Of a stretch of DNA of 64,000 bases, positions 38,195 through 46,215 are shown in pieces. Origin of the DNA: Candidatus Latescibacterota bacterium (GTDB lineage Bacteria; Latescibacterota; UBA2968; GCA-2709665); contig JAAXHW010000004.1 in the NCBI GenBank assembly GCA_012270675.1, forward strand, positions 2,603 to 66,602. Reading direction: 5' to 3'. The position numbers were made by a program, and so were the translations under genes. Every line of letters begins with the position of its first letter. Positions within the stretch are counted from its first letter, which is position 1. Below the pieces are notes generated by a model that did not search any database, had not been told where the DNA came from, and worked only from the letters and a program-made list of their open reading frames with translations.

Positions 38195-39082
38195 TTATAT
38201 CTCACAATTCTGAAGCTTTTCCAGGACCGATTCCCGCACCTCCTCTGCCCCTTTCCCGATGAAGACCAGCTCTGTCCGATCCGCCTCAAACGGCTCCAGC
38301 TCCCAGTTTCCGGCCACAAAATTGAACAAAAAATTCCCGTCAGCACACCGCAGAAACCCCTTGGCCCGGTATATCTGCGGCGAAAGGCAGCCAGCCACCG
38401 ATTCAAACCGCGACCGGTCCAGGGAGCTGTCCGAACAGTAAACAAAAGCGTCGACCTCCGAATCGTGATGGTGACCCACGCCCCGCGCGGGACGGCTGCG
38501 GCCGGCAACATCCATCCCGAAAAGGAGCGAGGGGTGCACCTCGCACCGGAGCGTTCGCAACTTCGCCGCATCCGGGTTGACCGCGCAGAGGCGGGCCTCA
38601 ACAGCCTCCAGGTCGCTTCGGGACACCAGGTCGACCTTGTTGATCAGAACCACGTCAGCGGCCTCGAACTGCGCCCGGGTCACGTAGCCCAGGTCAGGAA
38701 ACCGGACCATCCCATCCGCGTCTGCAATCACAATCACGCTGTCCAGGCGGATCTCCGGCAGGCTGTCTTCCACATCGAAGATCACCGCATCCGGCTCGGC
38801 CACGCCGGTGGTCTCCACCACGATCAGCGCCGGCCCTACCCTCTCGGTAATCTCCCGCACCGCAACCTCGAATTCGCCCACCAGGGAACAGCAGACGCAG
38901 CCCCCGGCCAGCTCGGTCATCTGGATATGTTCACCCTGTACGATCCGGCTGTCGATCGCGATCTCTCCGAATTCGTTCATCAGAATGGCGATCTTCCGGT
39001 CTGCGTGGGCGATCAGATGGCGCAGCAGCGTCGTCTTCCCGCTTCCCAGCGCACCGGAGATAAGGATCATCGGCGTTTTCAT
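38195..39082 (-). CDS. COG0523 (CobW/YjiA-like) G3E-family GTPase metallochaperone
   Basis: Walker A 'GALGSGKTTLL', the hallmark metal-binding 'GGCVCCSL' (CxCC), 'VETTGVAEP', 'NKVDL', and a CobW_C-like C-terminus with 'GHHHD'. The start lies 3 nt after the rtcB stop. Confidence 0.85.
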   Translation of the reverse strand: MKTPMILISGALGSGKTTLLRHLIAHADRKIAILMNEFGEIAIDSRIVQGEHIQMTELAGGCVCCSLVGEFEVAVREITERVGPALIVVETTGVAEPDAVIFDVEDSLPEIRLDSVIVIADADGMVRFPDLGYVTRAQFEAADVVLINKVDLVSRSDLEAVEARLCAVNPDAAKLRTLRCEVHPSLLFGMDVAGRSRPARGVGHHHDSEVDAFVYCSDSSLDRSRFESVAGCLSPQIYRAKGFLRCADGNFLFNFVAGNWELEPFEADRTELVFIGKGAEEVRESVLEKLQNCEI

Positions 39083-39085
39083 CCC

Positions 39086-40543
39086 CTATCCCTTCACGTT
39101 CCCAATCGGAATAAACCGCACCACCCGCCGGCTGATGCCTGCCTGCTGAGTGACGTTGATCACCTCGTCGATATCCTTGTAGGCCCCACCCGCCTCTTCG
39201 GCCAGGCCCCGGAAGGAGACGGTGCGCACGTAGATCCCCCGCTGTTCCATCTCCTGTTGCAGCCGCTTCCCGTGGAACTGCTTCCGGGCGCGGGTGCGGC
39301 TCATCGTGCGCCCGCTGCCGTGAGCCGTGGAGAAGAAGGTCTGCGCCCCGCTTTCCACCCCCGCCAGGAGGTAAGACCCGGTCTCCATGCTCCCACCGAT
39401 AATCACCGGCTGGCCCACCTGCCGGTAGTGTTGCGGCAGATCCGCCATCCCGGGCCCGAAGGCCCGGGTCGCGCCCTTTCGGTGGACCAGCACCTCCCGC
39501 TCCGCCCCATCCACAACGTGCCGCTCCAGCTTGGCCGTGTTGTGGGCCACATCGTAGACCATGCGCATCCCCATCTCCTCCGCACTGCGCCCCAGCACCT
39601 CTGAAAAGACCTCACGGATGCGGTGCAGGATAACCTGCCGATTGGCCAATGACATATTCACACCACATCTCATCGCAGCGAAATAGTCCTGCCCCTCCGG
39701 CGACCGGAACGGCGCGCAGGCCAGCTCCCGGTCCCGCACCCGGATGCCGTACTTGCGCTGCATGACCTTCAAAAAGAGCTGCAGGTAGTCAGTGGCTACC
39801 TGGTGCCCGAACCCCCGACTGCCGCAGTGGAACATCACGACCACCTGGTCCGGGACCGTTATCCCGAAGACCTCGGCCGTTTTTTTATCGTAAACGAACG
39901 CCGGTTTGGCCACCTGGATCTCCAGATAGTGGTTGCCCGATCCCAGCGTACCAATCTGGTTGAACCCGCGCTCCACGGCCTTTCGGCTGATCCTGGAGGC
40001 GTCCGCCCCGGCGATGCAGCCCCCTTCCTCGGTCCGCTCCAGGTCCTCTTCCCAACCATACCCCTTTTTCACACACCACCGGGCACCCTCTTCAACAACC
40101 GTCCGGAACGCGTTGTGGGACAGCTTGAGGAATCCAGTACTGCCCACCCCGGCCGGAACGCGTTCAAAGAGTCTGTCCACCAGCTTCTTCAGGTGGGGCT
40201 TCACTTCGTCGTGGGTCAGATTTGTGGTGACCAGGCGCATCCCGCAGCAAATATCAAACCCGATTCCGCCGGGTGAAATCACCCCCTCTTCCGCATCCAT
40301 CGCCGCCACCCCCCCAATGGGGAAACCGTAGCCCCAGTGTCCGTCCGGCATGCAGTAGGCGTACTCCAAGATCCCCGGCAACGTGGCCACATTGGTGACC
40401 TGGTCGATCACCCCCTCATCCATCTCCCCCATCAGCTTCTCGGTCGCATAAATACGTGCAGGTACCCGCATCCCTTCTTTGTGGGAGGTTGGGATCTCCC
40501 AGATCGTATCCGAAATCTTTTGCGCTGCAGATGGAATCGGCAT
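39086..40543 (-). CDS. rtcB: RNA-splicing ligase RtcB (3'-phosphate/5'-hydroxyl)
   Basis: 'MPDGHWGYGFPIGGV', 'GGIGFDICCGMR', 'GSGNHYLE', 'FHCGSRGFGHQ' and 'VAHN' motifs. ATG at 40543 with GAGGAGGAGG upstream. The track extension to 40804 is unsupported. Confidence 0.93.
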   Translation of the reverse strand: MPIPSAAQKISDTIWEIPTSHKEGMRVPARIYATEKLMGEMDEGVIDQVTNVATLPGILEYAYCMPDGHWGYGFPIGGVAAMDAEEGVISPGGIGFDICCGMRLVTTNLTHDEVKPHLKKLVDRLFERVPAGVGSTGFLKLSHNAFRTVVEEGARWCVKKGYGWEEDLERTEEGGCIAGADASRISRKAVERGFNQIGTLGSGNHYLEIQVAKPAFVYDKKTAEVFGITVPDQVVVMFHCGSRGFGHQVATDYLQLFLKVMQRKYGIRVRDRELACAPFRSPEGQDYFAAMRCGVNMSLANRQVILHRIREVFSEVLGRSAEEMGMRMVYDVAHNTAKLERHVVDGAEREVLVHRKGATRAFGPGMADLPQHYRQVGQPVIIGGSMETGSYLLAGVESGAQTFFSTAHGSGRTMSRTRARKQFHGKRLQQEMEQRGIYVRTVSFRGLAEEAGGAYKDIDEVINVTQQAGISRRVVRFIPIGNVKG

Positions 40544-40683
40544 GGCCTCCTCCTCTTTCAGATCACATAGGGAACATAATACCGGTCCAGGCGTTCCACT
40601 AAAAATTCTCAAGCGACACAGGAACTCCTGATCGAGTCCATAAATATATCCTGTGTCCGACCAATGGTCCAGAAGATTCGTCA

Positions 40684-41625
40684 ATGTCATCCCCCGGCAT
40701 GAATAGAAGAGGACGCAAAATGACGGCAGGCGTATCCATCTCTGCGATGGGAAAGAACGCCGGCGTGCTGCTGATCGCCGCATCATTCTGCCTGTTCTCC
40801 ACAACAGGCTGCGGCACGGTCCCCCCGGACGGGCCGCAGGAAGGCGAGGTTTTCAGCGCGGCGCTCCCGGACAGTACGACGATAGCGTTTGTCTGGATCG
40901 AGTCCGGGATATTTGTCATGGGGTCGTCCGAGTTTGAACAGGGGCGGTTTGCGGACGAGAGCCCGCAGCATACAGTCACAATAAGCGAGGGGTTCTACAT
41001 CGGAAAATTTGAGGTAACACAGGGGCAGTGGACGGCGGTGATGGGCACCTACCCCTGGCGCCTGCGCCCCCCTGCCCAGGGGCCAAGAGCCTATGTGGTG
41101 GAGCACCCAGACCACCCTGCGGCGTATATCTCCTGGTACCTTGCACAGGCTTTCATCCAAAAAATGAACGAGACCGCCGGAGATTCGCTGTACCGGCTGC
41201 CCACCGAGGCGGAATGGGAGTATGCGGCGAGGGCCGGGACGATTACGGCGTGGTCGTTTGGGAACAATAAAAGCTGGATGCAAGATTATGGGTGGTACCT
41301 GAACAACGCCTGGATCAGCGATCAGGAGGATGAAGGAGAGAAGTATGCGCACAGGGTAGGCACCAAGCTGCCCAATCCCTGGAAACTGCACGACATGCAC
41401 GGGAACGTATGCGAGTGGACACAGGACTGGTATTCGGACACCTACTACAGCACCTCTCCTCCCGTAGACCCCACCGGCCCCCCATCGGGCAGGTACCGCG
41501 TCCTTCGAGGTGGCGCCTTCAACAACGATGCCGCACGGACAAGATCGGCCCGGCGCAGCGGCCTTCCTCCGGAGTTTATGGGGAACGGAAGCATCGGCTT
41601 CCGGTTGGTGAGGCAGGTGAATTGA
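40684..41625 (+). CDS. lipoprotein with FGE-sulfatase (SUMF1-like) domain
   Basis: Signal/lipobox 'LLIAASFCLFSTTGC'. 'HPAAYISWYLAQAF', 'PTEAEWEYAARAG', 'HGNVCEWTQDWY', 'RGGAF' and 'GFRLVR'. Start is ambiguous (40684, 40699 or 40720). Confidence 0.8.
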   Translation: MSSPGMNRRGRKMTAGVSISAMGKNAGVLLIAASFCLFSTTGCGTVPPDGPQEGEVFSAALPDSTTIAFVWIESGIFVMGSSEFEQGRFADESPQHTVTISEGFYIGKFEVTQGQWTAVMGTYPWRLRPPAQGPRAYVVEHPDHPAAYISWYLAQAFIQKMNETAGDSLYRLPTEAEWEYAARAGTITAWSFGNNKSWMQDYGWYLNNAWISDQEDEGEKYAHRVGTKLPNPWKLHDMHGNVCEWTQDWYSDTYYSTSPPVDPTGPPSGRYRVLRGGAFNNDAARTRSARRSGLPPEFMGNGSIGFRLVRQVN

Positions 41626-41644
41626 ACCTTTTTGGACCGAATAA

Positions 41645-41669
41645 ATGAATAATTGTTCAAATATTAAAT
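41645..41669 (+). repeat. 25-nt AT-rich motif, copy C (ATGAATAATTGTTCAAATATTAAAT)
   Basis: It lies between convergent genes, 19 nt after the FGE-lipoprotein stop and 42 nt from the aldolase stop. It is the perfect reverse complement of the plus-strand sequence at 3778..3802. Confidence 0.9.
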
Positions 41670-41711
41670 TTTCCGGATATAAACCGCAACGTGGAAAAAA
41701 ACAAAGCCCGA

Positions 41712-42734
41712 TCAGGCCGCGACGGCTTCCATCTCCTGCGAATACCTGCCATAGCGCGCTGCGCTGTTGCACCTGGCCCGATGGTAGAAGACCCGCTGGG
41801 CCTCAGGCGCGTTTTCTGCCTTCCCTTTCCACACGTTGCGCGCCGGATCCTGCAGTGCCCGCCCATAGGAGAAGCTCAGCTCCCAGGGGTGGTCACCCAG
41901 GGCGTTCATCGCATTGAGGTGCTCCGTGGACTGCTCCGGGCTTTGACCGCCGGAGAGGAATACGATCCCGGGCACGGCCGCCGGAACGGTCCGGCGCAAA
42001 CAGCGCACGGTGGCCTCTGCAACCTCGTCCACCCCCACCTGCTGCGGGCAACGCGCGCCGGGGAGAACCATGCTGGCCTTAAGCAGTGTGCCCTCAAGCA
42101 GCACGCGGTGCTCAAACAATTCGGAATACACCCGGCTCAGAGTCGCTTCTGTCGCCGCTTCGCACTGCGCGATCGTGTGGTCGCCTTCCATCAGCACCTC
42201 CGGTTCGACGATGGGGACCAGCCCTGCCTCCTGGCAAAGGGCGGCATAGCGCGCCAGCGCATGCGCGTTCGCGTCCATACCTGCGCGGGTCGGAATACCC
42301 TCGCCGATGGTGGTCACCGCCCGCCACTTGCCAAACCGTGCCCCCAGGTCGCGGTACCTGATGAGACGACCGCGGAGTCCGTCCAATCCTTCCGTAACCT
42401 GCTCACCGGGGAAACCGGCCAGATCCACAAGGCCCGTATCCGCCTTGATGCCGGGGATCATGCCCACCTGCGAAAGCAGTTCGGGAAAGGGCGTCCCATC
42501 CCCGGCCGTCTGAAGCAGGGTCTCCTCGTAGAGAATGACGCCGCTGATGAACGCCTCAATCCCCGGCGTGGTGAACAGCATCTCACGGTAGACACGGCGG
42601 TTGTCCTCCGTCGGTTCGAGGTGGATGCTCTCAAAACGGCGTTTGATGGTGCGATCGCTCTCATCGGCAGCCAGAATTCCTTTCCCTTCCGGGACAAGTG
42701 CCCGTGCGATAGATTCAAGTGCCTGTTTGTGCAT
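41712..42734 (-). CDS. fructose-bisphosphate aldolase, class I
   Basis: 'GKGILAADES', 'ISGVILYEETL' and 'LLKASMV' (Schiff-base Lys region). The overall layout matches eukaryote-type class I aldolase. Confidence 0.9.
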   Translation of the reverse strand: MHKQALESIARALVPEGKGILAADESDRTIKRRFESIHLEPTEDNRRVYREMLFTTPGIEAFISGVILYEETLLQTAGDGTPFPELLSQVGMIPGIKADTGLVDLAGFPGEQVTEGLDGLRGRLIRYRDLGARFGKWRAVTTIGEGIPTRAGMDANAHALARYAALCQEAGLVPIVEPEVLMEGDHTIAQCEAATEATLSRVYSELFEHRVLLEGTLLKASMVLPGARCPQQVGVDEVAEATVRCLRRTVPAAVPGIVFLSGGQSPEQSTEHLNAMNALGDHPWELSFSYGRALQDPARNVWKGKAENAPEAQRVFYHRARCNSAARYGRYSQEMEAVAA

Positions 42735-42898
42735 GGATACGACCTCGTTGGAGGGTGAAGGTTATGGATCTTCAAATTTAAACACAGAGGGATTCGCTAT
42801 CCGAATTTTTCAATTTGCAATCTGCAATTTTCTTGTATATTAAAGGTCCCGGAACCCCTCATCTGAAGCATTTAACATTTTATTATTATTTATCTTAA

Positions 42899-43726
42899 AT
42901 GTTCAGCTCCCTCATCTATCAGATCTTCAGTCAACTCGCCGTGGGCGGCCTGATCGCCGTCCTGCTTGTGCCCCCATCGGCGGGCAAAAGCTTCTTCAGG
43001 TTCTGCGGCATCACCTGCCTGATTTTACTCATTCTGGCCCTCTGGGCCGGCCCCTATCCCCTGGCGCTTGTGGGTGACTTCCTCACCAGCGCCAGCACCG
43101 GACACGCGCTCTCCCTCACGCTCCTCATCCTCACCGGCGCGCTGGCGCTCGGCTTCGTCATCGCCGTAGTCGCAGAGCGCCAGCCCCTGCAAAAGCCCCT
43201 CCTGGCCGGGGCGGGACTGCTGGGCGCTGCCGGTATCCTGATCGACGGCTTCCACGGCGTACCCGTGGACATGCCCGCCTTCGCCCCCCTGCTTGGGGCC
43301 CTCTACTCCCTCGTCTCCGCGCTCTTCCTGGGCAGTGTCATCTTTGCGATGATCCTGGGCCACTGGTACCTGGTGGTGCCCACCCTCCCCATCCATCCCC
43401 TCCGGTCACTGACCCTGGCGGTGGTTGTCACCACCCTGCTCAAAGTCCTGCTCGCGGGGCTAACCTTCTACCTTTTCTGGACGGCCGGAGGGCTTCAGGC
43501 CCGCGAGGTCCTGCGGTCATTCTTCGGGGTCGGCGGCATCTTCTTCTGGACCCGGGTGCTCTTCGGGCTAATCGGCCCCACGGCTGTTGCCTATATGACG
43601 TGGGAAACGGTCAAGATCAATTCCACGCAGTCGGCGACCGGCCTGCTCTACGTGGCCACCATCTTTGTCCTGATCGGCGAAACGACCTCCAGGTATATCT
43701 TCTACACCACATCGATCCCCCTGTAA
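42899..43726 (+). CDS. polytopic membrane protein, unknown family
   Basis: 275 aa with about 8 hydrophobic helices. 'ILGHWYLVVP' motif. I recognise no family. Confidence 0.5.
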   Translation: MFSSLIYQIFSQLAVGGLIAVLLVPPSAGKSFFRFCGITCLILLILALWAGPYPLALVGDFLTSASTGHALSLTLLILTGALALGFVIAVVAERQPLQKPLLAGAGLLGAAGILIDGFHGVPVDMPAFAPLLGALYSLVSALFLGSVIFAMILGHWYLVVPTLPIHPLRSLTLAVVVTTLLKVLLAGLTFYLFWTAGGLQAREVLRSFFGVGGIFFWTRVLFGLIGPTAVAYMTWETVKINSTQSATGLLYVATIFVLIGETTSRYIFYTTSIPL

Positions 43727-43730
43727 GCCC

Positions 43731-44183
43731 ATGGAAATCACCTGCCGCTGTCCCCAGTGCCAGACTGCGCACAGCATCGATCCGATCGAGGTGCAGAACC
43801 CGGTCGCCTGTTCTGCGTGTGGCCACCCGATTCCGCTCACTCCGTCCGAATCCATCCGGAAACACAACCTCGTGGATGTCTGTCCCCGGTGTGGTAAAAC
43901 GGCATTTTACACCCAGCGCGACTTCAACCAGAGGCTGGGACTTGGCATCATGATCCTGTTCGCCCTCATCGGGCTGGTCTTTGTCTGGCTGGGCCGCCCC
44001 CTCTATTTCTACTTCAGCCTGGGGGCGGGCGCCCTGCTTGACCTCCTGTTCTACGTGATGCTGCCGGAAGTCACCATCTGTTATGCCTGCAAGACCGCCT
44101 TTCGAAACGTGTCAAAAAATCCGGACCACAAGCCGTTCGACCTGCACATCGCCGACATCTACGACAACCGCTCGAAGGGATAG
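43731..44183 (+). CDS. double zinc-ribbon membrane protein
   Basis: Four CxxC pairs ('CPQC', 'CSAC', 'CPRC', 'CYAC') flank two hydrophobic helices. The start lies 4 nt after the upstream stop. Confidence 0.5.
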   Translation: MEITCRCPQCQTAHSIDPIEVQNPVACSACGHPIPLTPSESIRKHNLVDVCPRCGKTAFYTQRDFNQRLGLGIMILFALIGLVFVWLGRPLYFYFSLGAGALLDLLFYVMLPEVTICYACKTAFRNVSKNPDHKPFDLHIADIYDNRSKG

Positions 44184-44204
44184 CACCCCCAAAGGCCTTC
44201 CTCT

Positions 44205-44783
44205 TTACGCTTTGCGCCTTCTGCCCAGCAGGTCCAGAAACTCTTCCCGCGTAACCCGCTCCTTTTTGAACACGCCCCGAACGGCCGACGTGGTCGTCCA
44301 CGTGCCGGGCTTTTCCACCCCCCTCATCTCCATGCACAGATGCCGGGCCTCCACGACCACCATAGTCCCCTTTGGGGTGAGTTCCCGCTCCAGATATGCG
44401 GCGATCTGATGCGTCATCCGTTCCTGGATTTGGGGCCGTCTGGCGTGGTACTCCGCCACCCGGGCAAGCTTGCTCAGCCCCACAATTTTGTCTGTGGGAA
44501 TATAGGCCACATGCGCATGTCCCCAGAAGGGCATCAGGTGGTGCGCGCACATCGAATAGAACGCGATATCCGTCATCACCACCATATCCTCGAATCCATC
44601 TTCGTTGGGAAATACGGTCATCCCGGGTTCATTTTCATCGTCCAACCCCTCAAAAATCTCCAGATACATGCGGGAAAACCGCTCGGGTGTGTCCCGGAGG
44701 TGGGGATCGTTCAGGTCCAGATTCAGAACTTTCATAATCTCAGCAATGTGATAGCTGATCCGCTCCATTCTGTCTTCAGCCAT
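44205..44783 (-). CDS. folE: GTP cyclohydrolase I (type 1)
   Basis: 'FYSMCAHHLMPFWGHAHVAYIP' and 'QIQERMT'. Confidence 0.92.
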   Translation of the reverse strand: MAEDRMERISYHIAEIMKVLNLDLNDPHLRDTPERFSRMYLEIFEGLDDENEPGMTVFPNEDGFEDMVVMTDIAFYSMCAHHLMPFWGHAHVAYIPTDKIVGLSKLARVAEYHARRPQIQERMTHQIAAYLERELTPKGTMVVVEARHLCMEMRGVEKPGTWTTTSAVRGVFKKERVTREEFLDLLGRRRKA

Positions 44784-44976
44784 ACGCTCCTCTCATCCCC
44801 ATTGAAGACCATTGTAGACCCGTTTTACCAGATGACGTAAGTATATACGGAAACCGCCCGAACGTCAAGCAAAAGGACTGAAAACCTGTTGACGGGAATC
44901 CTTTTTCAGCGTACCATTGATGATAATGGCTGATTGTGATTTCGGACGTGTGCCCCGATTCGAAGGAAACGTGTGA

Positions 44977-46215
44977 ATGTATGTAGAAGGAAAACAACCC
45001 CAACTGCCGGATGACAGGGACTACCGCAAGCTATTCGGTCTGGATATCTACCTGACGCCGGTGTTCGTGATTTCCAGCATCACCATTGTCGTCTTCGTCG
45101 TTGGGGCACTTGTCTTCCAGGAAGCTGCGACGGAAGTTTTCAGCAATACCCGCGGGTGGCTTACGACAAACCTCGATTGGTTTTTTATGATTGCTGCCAA
45201 TCTCGTCCTGCTCTTTTGTCTGTATGTGGCGCTGTCGCCCCTGGGCAGGGTGCGCCTGGGGGGCAGGGATGCAAAACCCGAATACACCAACCTAACCTGG
45301 CTTGCCATGCTCTTTGCGGCAGGCGTGGGCATCGGTCTGCTGTTTTTCGGGGTGGCGGAGCCGGTCTACTACTTTCAGCAGCCGCCGCTGGGTATTACCC
45401 CCAAAACAGAGGAGGCCGCTACCGTCGGCATCGCAGCGACGGTCTTCCACTGGGGGCTGCATGGTTGGGCAATCTACGGAGTCGTCGGACTCGCCCTCGG
45501 GTTTTTCGCCTACAACAAGGGGTTGCCCTTTACCATCCGCTCGGCGTTCTACCCCCTGTTCGGCGACCGCGTCTGGGGCTGGCCCGGACACATCATTGAT
45601 ACGTTCGCCATATTCGCAGGATTGTTCGGGCTTGCGACCTCCCTCGGTTTGGGGGTGCAGCAGGTGACCTCCGGGTTCAACTATCTGTTTCATATCCCCG
45701 CGAACAATACCACCATGGTGGTGCTGATTGTGGTGATCACGTCCATCGCGCTGATATCGGTGCTGACGGGTATTCAGGTCGGCATCAAGCGCCTTAGCCA
45801 GTTCAACATCCTGCTCGCGTTTCTGTTGCTGTTGGCTGTTATCCTGCTTGGCCCGACGCGCTACAATTTCCGCAGTATCTTCGCTGTACTCGGCAGCTAT
45901 TTCGCAAAGATTGTACCACTCAGCAACTGGATTGGGCGTGAGGATACCGGTTTTCTGCGAGACTGGACGACTTTCTACTGGGCGTGGTGGTTTGCCTGGG
46001 CACCGTTCGTCGGCACGTTCATCGCCCGCGTTTCAAAGGGGCGCACGGTTCGAGAATTCGTTGTTTTCGTGCTCCTTCTGCCGACGCTTTTATGTTTGCT
46101 GTGGTTTGGCACCTTCGGCGGCACTGCGTTCTACCAGCACACCGTTGAGGGCTATACCGGTGTGACTGAGAATATTGCGGCCTGGAAGCTTGAAATCGCC
46201 CGGTACGGCCTTTGA
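44977..46215 (+). pseudogene. BCCT family transporter, 3'-truncated
   Basis: The BCCT signature 'WTTFYWAWWFAWAPFVGTFIARVSKGRTVREF' sits only about 50 aa before the stop, so the last helices of the 12-TM family are missing. The reading frame runs straight into TonB-receptor sequence. Confidence 0.6.

Noticed and set aside
3778-41669. The perfect 25-bp inverted pair interpreted as terminal inverted repeats of a large transposon or genomic island.
   Set aside because: The interior is dominated by single-copy essential genes (leuS, asnS, pnp, infB, nusA, der, mutL). There is no transposase, integrase or recombinase, no visible target-site duplication, and a third copy lies inside. It is kept only as a possible inversion or regulatory site.
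41645-41917. 90-aa ORF starting 'MNNCSNIK', the same N-terminal peptide as ORF 2480..3802. This could suggest a conserved leader peptide or a gene family.
   Set aside because: After the shared 25 nt, the ORF is an antisense read of the aldolase gene. The third motif copy (30905) hits a stop after 9 codons. The conservation is at the DNA level, not the protein level.
44784-44976. 193-nt divergent spacer upstream of the BCCT gene as a possible riboswitch.
   Set aside because: I could not recognise any known riboswitch core or a convincing conserved multi-stem structure by eye. It would need covariance-model scanning.
46186-46191. AAGCTT (HindIII site) exactly at the BCCT/TonB-receptor junction, which might indicate a cloning chimera.
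   Set aside because: A single 6-bp site is expected by chance, and the same hexamer occurs twice inside tRNA-Gly. It cannot be used as evidence, so the junction needs read-level checking instead.
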